From a bacterium (GTDB taxonomy: Bacteria; SZUA-182; DTGQ01; JAFGSM01), in the NCBI GenBank assembly GCA_049472335.1, contig JBLIRO010000027.1, positions 1-58,734 of the forward strand: 58,734 bases of DNA, in the 5' to 3' direction. This document shows, piece after piece, positions 29,705-39,990 of this stretch (the stretch's first letter is position 1; every line of letters starts with the position of its first letter). The notes under the pieces are model-generated. The model searched no databases, was not told where the DNA came from, and saw only the letters and a list, made by a program, of their open reading frames with translations. Position numbers and translations under genes: made by a program.

Positions 29705-30772
29705 TCATAAGCCTTTTCTTGAGATCATTTTCCGTATATCCGGATCTTTCTCTATGATGTCTTTTACTTCGTCCAGCAAGGACAATCCTTTTATTTTGGG
29801 CCTGTCTCCTGACTGTGCGCATTCAATCAGATAATCAGCTATCTTTGCAGAGATATCATTTTGGCTCAGTCTGGCAAAATTGACGAACATAGGCGATATG
29901 TTACAGTCAATCACATAGTAACTTCCCGTATCTTCCTCCTTCATGAGGTCCATACCGCAAAATGGAATCTCTAAAACCTTCGTTACGCGCTCCGCTATCC
30001 TCTTTGCCCTTTCCGGAAGCTTGACCACCTTAATCCCTGTCTGGCTCATGGATGAATCAACGGTATCACCGTGGACAATAATGGCGGAGGCGATTACTTT
30101 ACCGTTAAGCACATAGCAGCGTATGGTATCCCCCTTTATGTAATACTGGTAGAAAGCGCCTCTTTCATTCCATTTGTGGTTTTCCCAGGCCGATTCATCC
30201 CAAAGAAAGGTCTTGTATATGCCGGCTAAAGGTTTTGTGACAGCGCCATTTGAACATTTAAAGGCTTCCTCAACAAACCATTTCAAGGGTTTCGGGGAGG
30301 TCCCTATCATGAATGGAGGAACAGGCAGGCCATTCTTTTTTAGGTGACGGAAGAGATATGTTTTTAAGCGGTGAAGGTCGTTTTTCAGCAGCGGATTCAC
30401 CAGGGGCCTTTTGTTTGAAAAGGATTTGAGGATCGAGTTTCGAACCTTCTGGCATCTGATCTCCGATTGAATATACGAAATGAATTGTGAATATAGCACT
30501 CTCCATTGCTCCGGTGAATCAACGATAAAATTTTCATCATATTTCGCAAACTCCGGAACCTTTATTCCCCTGCTCCTTAAAAAGGCTGCACGGATATCAA
30601 ACAGGCTGTTATCATCAATGATGATATCATCCCTGGTTATTGTAATGGGTAATGCCTCGGGAAATCCTGAAAGATCAATGACAACGGGCTTAACACCCCG
30701 GTTCACCAATCTTTTTTTCAGGGCCTGAACCTCCTGATCATTTGAAGGGCCAAAGATGCCGATTTTGATCAT
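29705..30772 (-). CDS. ATP-grasp (RimK-like) peptide maturase
   Basis: GLPVPPF, VTKPLAG, YQYYIKG, FCGMDLM, YYVIDCNISPMF; start at ATG 30772 overlapping the upstream stop. Confidence 0.82.
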   Translation of the reverse strand: MIKIGIFGPSNDQEVQALKKRLVNRGVKPVVIDLSGFPEALPITITRDDIIIDDNSLFDIRAAFLRSRGIKVPEFAKYDENFIVDSPEQWRVLYSQFISYIQSEIRCQKVRNSILKSFSNKRPLVNPLLKNDLHRLKTYLFRHLKKNGLPVPPFMIGTSPKPLKWFVEEAFKCSNGAVTKPLAGIYKTFLWDESAWENHKWNERGAFYQYYIKGDTIRCYVLNGKVIASAIIVHGDTVDSSMSQTGIKVVKLPERAKRIAERVTKVLEIPFCGMDLMKEEDTGSYYVIDCNISPMFVNFARLSQNDISAKIADYLIECAQSGDRPKIKGLSLLDEVKDIIEKDPDIRKMISRKGL

Positions 30773-31647
30773 TGTTTCTCCTCTATAAATCCCCAAAGCT
30801 CGTCCATGATCATACCCTGTTCTTCTTTTGAAAAAAGACCGATATCTGGAGAGGCGCAAAAATCAGAAAGCACCAGATCATTGGAGTGCCGGAATATAAG
30901 GTGGGCAAAAGGCATCTGTAAGATTTCCTGGATTTTGGGGATCTGTTCAAGAACATGAGAAATGTCCGCGGATTCAGGGTTGGTAACAACAGGCTTCCCA
31001 TTTACGGCAAACACATGAACAGCATCCCGGGATGATAATGACTGAAGAAATACAGGGATACGGTTCAGATCTTTTAACATGACCTCATATTCCGTAACCC
31101 ATACCGGTTTATCATCCTCTGAAAGGGGGATGGCCAAAAAATGGCCAGGGGTTTTTTCAATAAATGAGCCTATTTTATCCGGATCGTTTCCTGAAATCAT
31201 CATGGGCACGGACACTCCGGAATCTCCCAGTTTTTCCAATGCCCAGGGCTTAAAGGCCTCTGCTTCAAAGGCCTCTTGAGGGTTTATGCACAGCGGTATG
31301 GATTCATTGAGTATTTCAAGCAGGCTGTACCATAGGGAAAAGGATTCTCTCTCGTTTCTGAGATATTCATCCAGATTATTTCGGTACTTTTCCCATATCT
31401 CCATGGAGGGTTTCAGCACGGGATTGGGCCACATGTAGCCGGAATCCAGGATGATTGCCGCCACGGTCCCTTTGATGATATCGGTGTCGCCTAACCTTAT
31501 GCCATCCTCACATACCACGATCTGCTGTTCCGGGATTATTTTATTTCGCTCGATGATAATGGGGTTAAATCCCTTTTCAGAGAAAAAGGATTTCATCATG
31601 CCTCTTGTGTTTTCATCTTTTGCAATGACAAGGATTTGCGGTTTCAA
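30769..31647 (-). CDS. Divergent/degenerate ATP-grasp-like protein
   Basis: CINPQEAFEAEAFKPWALEKLGDSGVSVP parallels the neighbouring ATP-grasp N-domains, but the catalytic C-terminal motifs are eroded (LSDFCASP). Confidence 0.6.
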   Translation of the reverse strand: MKPQILVIAKDENTRGMMKSFFSEKGFNPIIIERNKIIPEQQIVVCEDGIRLGDTDIIKGTVAAIILDSGYMWPNPVLKPSMEIWEKYRNNLDEYLRNERESFSLWYSLLEILNESIPLCINPQEAFEAEAFKPWALEKLGDSGVSVPMMISGNDPDKIGSFIEKTPGHFLAIPLSEDDKPVWVTEYEVMLKDLNRIPVFLQSLSSRDAVHVFAVNGKPVVTNPESADISHVLEQIPKIQEILQMPFAHLIFRHSNDLVLSDFCASPDIGLFSKEEQGMIMDELWGFIEEKQ

Positions 31648-31674
31648 ATAGTATCCTCCATATTTTTTTATTTC

Positions 31675-31745
31675 ACCACGAAGGACACGAAGAGATTATA
31701 ATTTGAATTTTATCCATTCTTCGTGTCCTTCGTGTTCTTCGTGGT
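31675..31745. repeat. Intergenic palindromic (REP-like) element
   Basis: ACCACGAAGGACACGAAGA ... TCTTCGTGTCCTTCGTGTTCTTCGTGGT inverted repeat. Confidence 0.7.
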
Positions 31746-31751
31746 TTATCA

Positions 31752-33497
31752 TTACGTTCTCTCGAGTTTCTGGGTTTCATATAGTTTATAAAAAAGCCCT
31801 TTTCTCTTTAGAAGTTCATCGAATTGTCCGTCTTCAACCAGACGCCCCTCGGAGATGACCAGTATCCGGTCCACCAATTCCAGAAAAGAGAAACGGTGGG
31901 CAATGATTATTGCCGTGCGCCCCTTTATTATCTCCTTTAATGATTCCTGAATTAATGACTCCGATTTTGAATCTAGGGCTGAAAAGGCCTCATCAAAGAT
32001 GAACAGGTCCGGTTTCTTCAGAAATATCCTTGCCAAAGCCAGGCGTTGTCTTTGCCCGCCGGATAGGGTGACCCCCCGCTCCCCGATCACTGATTCCAAA
32101 CCTTGTTCCATGGTCGAGATAAGCTCATCCAAATGAGCAAACTTTATTGCATTCTCCACGTCCTGTTCACTGAATTCCTTACCAAAGGTTATATTGTTCC
32201 GTATGGTGTCATTGAAGAGAAATACATCCTGGGGGACATAGGCAATCCTTTCCCTGATGCTTCTTATCTTATAGGCATCGATTATCAGGTCATTGAGAAA
32301 CACCATTCCCTCGGAGGGATTATAAAACCTCAAAATCAAATGGATCAAGGATGTCTTGCCTCCGCCGCTGGGGCCCACGATGCCGACCTTTTCACCTTTT
32401 TTGATTTCAAGATCTATATGATTCAGCGCTGTCACCATCATTTGGGAGTTGTTTCTGTCAGGAAACCTCAAGACCACATCCTTAAAGGTAATGGCGGAAA
32501 TGGGTTCCGTGATGTCCCTGGCTTCCGGCTTGTCTTTGATATCAGGGGGCCTGTCCAGTATTTCGTATATGCGGTCAAGGGCCGCATAGCCCGCCTGAAG
32601 GTTCATATTGAACTGGAAAAAGCCGGTTACCGGGCCAATCACACCAAACAGATATTGCATAAATGCAAGCAGGGAGCCTATGGTAAGGACCCTTTGAATG
32701 GCCAGATAGCCGCCCACACCCCATAGGATTAAGAATATAGGCAAATAAGAGGTCATCGATACGATATAATTCCCTGTAATTGATGTCATCCCCCTTCTGA
32801 TGCTTATACGTTCAAGGTCTTTATTGTAGTTTAGGGTCTCCTCGCCTTTTTTGTCTTCAATGTTTTCTGCCTGAATAAGTTTCATTAGACTTAAATTTTC
32901 CTGAATCTTTCCGGAAAGATATGCCTGTGTTTCCTGAAGTTCTTTATTGTCAAGGTATACCCTCTTTTTGAATAATACAAAGATAAAAATCAGAAAAGGC
33001 AATACACATAGGCAAAGCAAGGATAGAAATGTGCTGATCTTAAATAAGAGAAAAACTACAACCACTACCTTTATCATGGAGCTTACTATCGTAAAGAATT
33101 CATCATTAACCAGGTTCTGTACATATCCCACGTCATAAAGTATCCTGGATAAAAGTGCCCCGGATTGTTGTTTGGAGAAATATTGCACGGACATCCTCTG
33201 CAGGTGTTCGTATATATCCATACGAACCTGTGTTAAAACCTTCTGTCTTATTCTTATGCTCATTTTGTTGCGGATATAGCTAAAAGAGTGTAGCATCGCA
33301 TAGAGTCCCAATATCGTGCCAACCTTCACGAAGAGAAGGTGTAAGTCTGCATTTGGTATGGCTTCATCAATGATGGTTTTTTCTAAGAGGGGGATAGGGA
33401 TATTTATCAGCACAGTGACCAGGATGGTTATGAAGAGCAGGATAATACCCTTTGTAAATGGTTTTAGATATTTAAAAAATCTTATAAAACGTTTCAT
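31752..33497 (-). CDS. ABC exporter, fused permease/ATP-binding subunit
   Basis: N-terminal TM domain, GPSGGGKT, LSGGQRQR, FIFDEAFSALD; no C39 peptidase domain. Confidence 0.93.
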   Translation of the reverse strand: MKRFIRFFKYLKPFTKGIILLFITILVTVLINIPIPLLEKTIIDEAIPNADLHLLFVKVGTILGLYAMLHSFSYIRNKMSIRIRQKVLTQVRMDIYEHLQRMSVQYFSKQQSGALLSRILYDVGYVQNLVNDEFFTIVSSMIKVVVVVFLLFKISTFLSLLCLCVLPFLIFIFVLFKKRVYLDNKELQETQAYLSGKIQENLSLMKLIQAENIEDKKGEETLNYNKDLERISIRRGMTSITGNYIVSMTSYLPIFLILWGVGGYLAIQRVLTIGSLLAFMQYLFGVIGPVTGFFQFNMNLQAGYAALDRIYEILDRPPDIKDKPEARDITEPISAITFKDVVLRFPDRNNSQMMVTALNHIDLEIKKGEKVGIVGPSGGGKTSLIHLILRFYNPSEGMVFLNDLIIDAYKIRSIRERIAYVPQDVFLFNDTIRNNITFGKEFSEQDVENAIKFAHLDELISTMEQGLESVIGERGVTLSGGQRQRLALARIFLKKPDLFIFDEAFSALDSKSESLIQESLKEIIKGRTAIIIAHRFSFLELVDRILVISEGRLVEDGQFDELLKRKGLFYKLYETQKLERT

Positions 33498-33560
33498 CTG
33501 TTTAAAAAGATGTCTTTATGGCTGAAAAAACAACCTGTGACGGTTTTATTACTGATCAAA

Positions 33561-34544
33561 TCATAGGCCCTCATTTTTTGCCAGCCTCAGATGCAATCGA
33601 TCCCAGTAAGTCCACTGCTCAGGGTTCTCTTTTATCCATCCTTCAAGGATGTCTCGCAATTTTTCACATAGATTGATAAATTCAGGGTATTGATCGTCTA
33701 TTTGTCCCTCCGGCACGGGAAAGGGTCCGATAGGCTCTTCTATTGTAAGTCTGAGCCTTCCGTCTTTATCCCGCACATTGTGCCAGGGTAATATAACAGC
33801 TCCCGTAAGCAGGGCCAGCTTAACAGAACCAGCTATAGCAGGTAGATAAACCTGGACACTGTCAAACAATCTAAATTGCTTTCTGCTCCCTCCTCCAGTC
33901 AATACATCAAGATTAGTAGTTACAAGATAGCCTGCCTTAAGCGCATTACTCATTTCCCAACCCACATCAGATTTGTGCCTTCTTGTATTAATAAAGGAGA
34001 TATCCAACTGAAACCTTTTTAATGCCTCTTCAAGTCTCTGAAAGGCTGTAGGAAATCTGGGCACATCAGGTTCAGTACATATTTTTATTTTTTGATAATT
34101 CTCCTTCGGAATATTCCGATAGATACTGAAAAGTGTTATCGATCCAAATAGAATTGAGCCAACATGAGATCCTACGGCCAGAATTCCCTGTCCACTATCC
34201 ATTGCCTTTAAGAGGTTTTCCCTGCCCTCAATCATTGTATATTTATCAATAAGTTTAAGCGATTTATCAAAGTTAAGGTTCAGGACAATGCAGTCTTCAC
34301 AGAATTTATATTTATAATGCCATAAAAATTCGTCAACCTTTCTTTCAACCTCTTCATCACTCAGTGATGGGAAAAAGGTCTTAAAATAACCTGTCACTTG
34401 TCCGGCCATTTTGTCTATCATCTTTTCATGTAGAATGCTCGGAAGTATCCATTTGAGCATTATGAACCTGGACATTTTAAAACCAATATGATTGACCAGT
34501 ATCCTTAAAAAGAGATTGTTAATGAGCCTTTCAGGGTTTTTCAA
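33561..34544 (-). CDS. Lysophospholipid/lipid A acyltransferase (LpxL/HtrB)-like protein
   Basis: IEGRENLLKAMDSGQGILAVGSHVG, LALLTGAVILP, LEGWIKENPEQWTYW. Confidence 0.75.
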   Translation of the reverse strand: MKNPERLINNLFLRILVNHIGFKMSRFIMLKWILPSILHEKMIDKMAGQVTGYFKTFFPSLSDEEVERKVDEFLWHYKYKFCEDCIVLNLNFDKSLKLIDKYTMIEGRENLLKAMDSGQGILAVGSHVGSILFGSITLFSIYRNIPKENYQKIKICTEPDVPRFPTAFQRLEEALKRFQLDISFINTRRHKSDVGWEMSNALKAGYLVTTNLDVLTGGGSRKQFRLFDSVQVYLPAIAGSVKLALLTGAVILPWHNVRDKDGRLRLTIEEPIGPFPVPEGQIDDQYPEFINLCEKLRDILEGWIKENPEQWTYWDRLHLRLAKNEGL

Positions 34545-35817
34545 GGCATCGATTCCCCTTTTGTATTTTGTCCAGGATCTCCATGCTTTTCTGTGTTATT
34601 CTGTTCAGGTCCTTTTCATTTAATTTTTCCCAAAAAGAAAAACCGAATCTGGACAAGGGATTGTATTGATAGATCCTCATTAAGGAGCGATTGAGATGTT
34701 CCTTGAAGTATACCTCCCGGCCTATTTTCTCTTCAATATAATCCATGATATGCTCTGTGATCTCCAGAAATTTGCACAACTTTTCATCACTTTTATAGAT
34801 ATCATTTGTTAGCGCATAATTCGTTGCCGGGCAAAACATAAGGCATCTGTCAAAGTATTGACACCCCTGGCATCGCTCTGTCCTTTTAAGCAGTTTTTCA
34901 TCATCTATATTATCATATGACTCATACAGTTCTTTTTCTGTAATCCCTTGTTCTAGTGAGCCAAGACGCTGTCTGCGCATGGACTTGTCATAAAAGACAA
35001 ATCTGTGGCAGGGATAGATATCCCCATATATATCCACCGCAAAAGTGGATCTGCCTGCGCCGCAAAAAAACCTTTTTTTCTGTGTCAAGTCCCCTTTTTT
35101 GTGGAGAATCCTGATCGAAAACATCTCGTCCCAAATTTGAAAGGTGAGATCATTTCCGGATTCAAGCTCCTTAATCCAGAGATCAGCAAGCCTGAATTGT
35201 TCTTCTTCAAAGATTTGAAGGTCCTTTGAAGACCACTTTTCCTCCATAACCGGTGAAAAGGCTATGTTGTTGAAATCCTGATTCATAAAGAAGATTATAT
35301 CTTCATAGAGGAATTTAACGGTTGAGGGTGAAACCGTTTTACGGATAAATAGAGAGTGATTCAGAGACCTTTGGCGGATCATTTCCAGTTTTTTTAGAAT
35401 AACCGGAAATGAGCTTTTACCGTCAGCCGTCTTTCGAAAGGATTGAGAGAACTCTTTCCCGTCAATGCTGAGTGAAATAGCTATTTTATGTTCCTGAACA
35501 AAATCCAGGATCTCATCATTGAGCAGAGTCGCATTGGTGGGTACGGAAAATTGTATTTTCTTCTTTTCCAGTTTGGCTTTCTCAAGGCTATACATAACAA
35601 GTTCTTTTATCATTGGAAATCTTAAAAATGGTTCTCCTCCCCAAAAACTCAGGATAACGGAAACTTCTTCTTTGGAGTTTTCAAACAGAAAATCAACCGC
35701 CCTCTGAGCGAGTTCAAACGTAATATTCTTTTTTTCCATAGTGGAGGCAAAGCAATATTCACAACATAAATTGCAGTTTTCAGTGATAAATAACGCAAGA
35801 TGTTTTATTGGTTTCAT
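34531..35817 (-). CDS. Radical SAM/SPASM domain peptide maturase
   Basis: TENCNLCCEYC, FWGGEP, SLSIDG, CGAG...GDIYPCHRF, CQGCQYFDRCLMFCP. Confidence 0.88.
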   Translation of the reverse strand: MKPIKHLALFITENCNLCCEYCFASTMEKKNITFELAQRAVDFLFENSKEEVSVILSFWGGEPFLRFPMIKELVMYSLEKAKLEKKKIQFSVPTNATLLNDEILDFVQEHKIAISLSIDGKEFSQSFRKTADGKSSFPVILKKLEMIRQRSLNHSLFIRKTVSPSTVKFLYEDIIFFMNQDFNNIAFSPVMEEKWSSKDLQIFEEEQFRLADLWIKELESGNDLTFQIWDEMFSIRILHKKGDLTQKKRFFCGAGRSTFAVDIYGDIYPCHRFVFYDKSMRRQRLGSLEQGITEKELYESYDNIDDEKLLKRTERCQGCQYFDRCLMFCPATNYALTNDIYKSDEKLCKFLEITEHIMDYIEEKIGREVYFKEHLNRSLMRIYQYNPLSRFGFSFWEKLNEKDLNRITQKSMEILDKIQKGNRCLEKP

Positions 35818-36183
35818 TGAGTTGTCCGAAATCAGCTTGATTATGACTTTTTATTATGGGTTTATTGATAAATTAAGATACATTATAAAATATACCACTA
35901 TTCCAAAAATTATCAAAGAAATTATTCAAAAGATTCCACCGAAGTTGAGCAGTTAGTATAATAGGATAAAGACATCTAATCAAAGTTCTTATCTATGTCT
36001 ATATGTTAATATAAGATATTTTAAGTTATTTAATTCTTATTTTTATTATTAAGATATGCAATAATTGTCTTTAAGTATAGAACCCACTTAATACCATAAA
36101 TAAATCCATTGACTTGTATTAGGGCCTTCCAGCCTTGGTGCAAGCATAAAAGATTTTTCCATACCAGCTATTTTGGTGCCATC

Positions 36184-37644
36184 ATGAGATATCAGAAAGA
36201 ATTTATTAAACGGAAACATCCGGAAAAGCAAAAAAGGTTTAATTTGCAGCTTCGATTCTTGGGATTGTCGATTTTTATTTTTCTTGTAAAGTCTTTATGT
36301 CCCGGACAGGCATACCCTGCTTATGATTTGTATATAAATGGCAAACCAGGATTGGTAATTTATCAGGGCAGCTTCCGTTTGCGTCCCACATCCTTTCACG
36401 GGGAAAATTCATCCCGGAGACCTGTTTTGAATCCCTTGCAGGATAATGATTATGGTGAGTTTGAATTGTCCGTTGGAGGCAGTTTACAGGCCGACTACCG
36501 TTACTATGAAGAGGCTTGCAGGGAGGACAGCCGCTTTGACATCAGACGGGCCAGAATATCTTTTTCCGGGCGGATAAATAGATTGATCTTTTACCAGATG
36601 AAGCTGGAATTTCAGGGAAGTGATCAGAAAAATCTTCTTGATGCCTTTGGAGATATTAAATTTTATCAGGCACTTTCCTTGAAATTTGGTCAATTTAAAG
36701 AGCCTTTCAGCCTGGAATGGCAGACGCAGGATGAGGCCGTCTTCTTTGCAGAGCGTTCAATGGGATACTATCTCTCTCCAAACCGGGATGTGGGGATGAT
36801 GATTTATGGTTCTGTCCCACCGGATAACTATCTTGCTGGCATTTTCAATTTTCATTATCTTGCCGGTATTTTCAATGGTGATGGTATTGATGGATCTTCC
36901 AGGGGGAGTCAAAGCGACGACCCGGAGTTCACCGGCCGCCTTGTTCTTTCTTTTTTTGAAAACGTGCCTGGAAGATGGATGAAATCCATTCATATAGGCG
37001 GTTCAGGGACCCATGCCCATATCGACTTGGCAAATGTCAGTCTTGAGGTCAAAAGTGCCGGGATGGTTGGCACAAATCGCAGCATATATAAGCTGAACGC
37101 AAACACTAAATTTGGTGTTTTGAAGAGCGTTCACGAACGTCGACGCTTAGCTGTTGATGGAGGATTGGCTTTTGGCCCTGTTGTGTTGGAAGGGGAATAT
37201 GTGGATTTCAGATTCACAGAGCTGGAGCCTGCAGGGTCCTTGTCACGGGAGGCAAGATTTTTTACATGGTACGGCAGTATCATTATTTTTATAACGGGGG
37301 AAGCGCCTGAGTTTAAATATGGGATGCTTCAGCCCGTAAGTCCCCCAAAGAATTCTTATTCATGGCTGGGACGTCTGGGAATGCTTGGCATCGGCTTTAG
37401 ACGGGAACATTTTTCTGGTGACGAGTCCTGGATCATGCCTGATGCGTTTTCTTCAGTTGGAGATGCAGATGCCTATAGCATAGCTTTAAACTGGATCATA
37501 ACACCTACATTCCGGTTTATACTTGATTACACAGATACATACTTTTCAGATCCGATACGTGTCCGGATAGACCCAAAAAACGGAAACATTGATTATATCG
37601 AAGCAGAACATGTTACCACCGCCCGTTTCGATATACATTTTTAA
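36184..37644 (+). CDS. Outer-membrane porin, OprO/OprP-like
   Basis: FDIRRARI, KFGQFKEPFSLE, FAERS, RDVG, GIFNG, terminal aromatic F; start uncertain. Confidence 0.8.
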   Translation: MRYQKEFIKRKHPEKQKRFNLQLRFLGLSIFIFLVKSLCPGQAYPAYDLYINGKPGLVIYQGSFRLRPTSFHGENSSRRPVLNPLQDNDYGEFELSVGGSLQADYRYYEEACREDSRFDIRRARISFSGRINRLIFYQMKLEFQGSDQKNLLDAFGDIKFYQALSLKFGQFKEPFSLEWQTQDEAVFFAERSMGYYLSPNRDVGMMIYGSVPPDNYLAGIFNFHYLAGIFNGDGIDGSSRGSQSDDPEFTGRLVLSFFENVPGRWMKSIHIGGSGTHAHIDLANVSLEVKSAGMVGTNRSIYKLNANTKFGVLKSVHERRRLAVDGGLAFGPVVLEGEYVDFRFTELEPAGSLSREARFFTWYGSIIIFITGEAPEFKYGMLQPVSPPKNSYSWLGRLGMLGIGFRREHFSGDESWIMPDAFSSVGDADAYSIALNWIITPTFRFILDYTDTYFSDPIRVRIDPKNGNIDYIEAEHVTTARFDIHF

Positions 37645-37787
37645 TTTGATCATACAGAAATTTACCCTTAAGGAACGTTATTTATAATTTTTTTAATTTT
37701 ATGAATATTCTGCAAGGAGGTGATTAGGAAGGTATTTAAAAAACGGTTTAATGCTTCTATAAAAGAGAATTTGTAAAGGAGTATGAC

Positions 37788-39240
37788 ATGAGAACGAGAT
37801 TCATGGCTATATGTATTGTTATTTTGCTCTTACTTTCAGCTTCAATAGCTTTTTCTGCTTATCATCACGCAGGAGAAACGGATTCTGGAAAATTTCTTGT
37901 GGTGTACCCGGAAAAGGCAGGTACAAAACTCGATCATTGTGCCCTATGTCACAGCGGAGGGACCTATAAAGACAGTAAAAATCGGGATGTCACCCTCGGG
38001 AGTTGTCAGTGGTGCCATTACACCTATGGATATGATGGAAGCGGGAATATCGTCGATACCTTGTTTATACAAAGGCTGAGCTGGAGGCTATGCCACAGCA
38101 TACACAATTCCTGCTGATGAACACCTCCCGCAGTGGGGATTTTTATGCTGAGTATACGGGTGTTACCATAGAGGCCCTTCTTGAGGATGCTGGTATGATG
38201 GATTCAGCGACAGGAATCCTTGTATACGCCCCGGATGGCTGGTCCAATTATCATCCCATAGATCCCGAGCCGGACCCTGAGCTCTATCATGTCAAAGGAA
38301 CTTATCCCGAAGCCAGTTTCCATTATCACGAACAGGCTGATGAAGAGTTTGGAGGGTGGTGCGATTACAGTGCTCCTTTGTGCGACGTATACACCAATAG
38401 TGACCCCATTTTTGTTCAGGGAGGACTAAAGATGATTCTGGCCATAAGGAGGGAGGGGGCGTATTTGGATCCCGGGATTCTGACCCAGGAAAATAAGCTG
38501 GATGGTGAAGGACCTTTTCGATTGGTCCTCCCCAAAAGACACCATCACCCCCGGATCAGCCTTCTAACTCAAGCAATCCGGAGCTTGTCTGGCCCTATGT
38601 GTATGAATGGGATCATAATGCCGGAGCGGCAACACGTACCGTCACTATCATCAAGATTTTGCCCCTGCCTGAAGGGACCACGGATATAGATGTTTTGGAG
38701 GCCGGTTGGGGTTATGTGGACCAGGAAAAGATAATCATATACGGGGCGATTTTTGATCCGAATGGGCCGGTTACGAGGGATATGGACCTCCCTGCCGGCT
38801 GGAGCATGATCTCGATTCCCATTATGCCGGAGAATGCCTCTGTATCATCATTATTTCCCGATGCATCCGTTGTTTATGGCTATAAAAAGGGAGTGGGATA
38901 TGAGCGGGTGCCGGCGGATGGGAATCTGGAAGCAGGAAAGGGATACTGGATACTTTTTAATGAAGCACAAAACCTTAAACTGACAGGTAAGCCTATTCTA
39001 AATTATACTCATCAGATAGCAGAAGATGGATGGAGTATGATCGGGGGATGCACATTGGATGCAAAGGCTTCATCGGACAAATGCTCTATCGGGTTTATCT
39101 ACAGATATGTCCAGGGAAGCGGTTATGAACGGGTTACTGAATCAGAAATGTTTGAATTCGGCAAGGGATACTGGATACAACTTAACAATGTTGCTGATCA
39201 GGCTGAATTAAGGGTTGAGCCGCCAGGGACAACCCCCTAA
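37788..39240 (+). pseudogene. Fragmented secreted diheme c-type protein (GEGP-motif type) split over three ORFs
   Basis: Signal peptide, CALCH and CQWCH in ORF1. Frame change near 38060 into YTKAELEAMPQHTQF. LDGEGPFR, then a second frameshift near 38530 into QKTPSPPDQ...WPYVYEWDHNAG. Confidence 0.7.
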
Positions 39241-39373
39241 AAACAATCTGGATAATTAACCAATTATTTGCGCTTACATCAAAGGCAGAAGGTATTTACT
39301 CACGAACATCCGTAGATAACAGAAAGCCTGCAATCTTCCTGTAAATGAAACTGTAAGCCTCTCATGAACAAAC

Positions 39374-39415
39374 ACAAAAGGCGGGGGTCAGCAATGCCCC
39401 CTACCTTTTGTTTTT
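39374..39415. terminator. Likely bidirectional terminator
   Basis: ACAAAAGGCGGGGG-tcagcaatg-CCCCCTACCTTTTGT between convergent genes. Confidence 0.65.
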
Positions 39416-39455
39416 ATATAGACTGGCTATATAAACCTAAAGAAAGGTTCTTCCC

Positions 39456-39671
39456 TTAATCCTCCTCAACACCTATAATAACGTTTGTTGCTTTTATAAC
39501 CGCAGAAACATTTTTGCCTTCTTTGAGCTTCAGGTTTTCAGCAGAAGCCTTAGTAATGATGGATGTTATCTCAATTCCATTTCCCAGGTCTACAATGATT
39601 TCAGAATTAATTGCCCCTGTAACAATCTTTTTTATTGTGCCATTTAAGACATTTCTTGCGCTGAGCTTCAT
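39456..39671 (-). CDS. TOBE-domain molybdate/tungstate-binding protein (Mop/molbindin)
   Basis: MKLSARNVLNG...ITSIITKASAENLKL...AVIKATNV. Confidence 0.92.
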   Translation of the reverse strand: MKLSARNVLNGTIKKIVTGAINSEIIVDLGNGIEITSIITKASAENLKLKEGKNVSAVIKATNVIIGVEED

Positions 39672-39750
39672 GGCTTTTCCCTCCTTGTTAAATTTTGTAA
39701 TGCTCCCAATTATCCAATACCTTCCTTCCCAAAATCATCCGATATCTTTT

Positions 39751-39990
39751 TTATTTCCTGTTTAAATGATGGGAGATCATTTTCACATCAGGATATCTCT
39801 CCTTAATGATACTTGAAATATTCTTGGCTGCTTCTCCTATAACCTCCAAGTTCCTCAAAACAGCATCCCTTGTCTTTTCATCCTCGATAAATTCTTCATA
39901 GGTTATAGCATTGGTATAATTATCTATTTTCCTGAGGGCTTCAATAATATCATTTAAGAACAGATTAACGCTTCTATTTCCCTTATACAT
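39751..39990 (-). pseudogene. HepT/DUF86 (HEPN) toxin, internally deleted
   Basis: DAVLRNLEVIGEAAKNI is present but the catalytic RxxxxH segment is missing. The typical C-terminus (NDLPSFKQEIKKI) follows in another frame. Confidence 0.75.
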
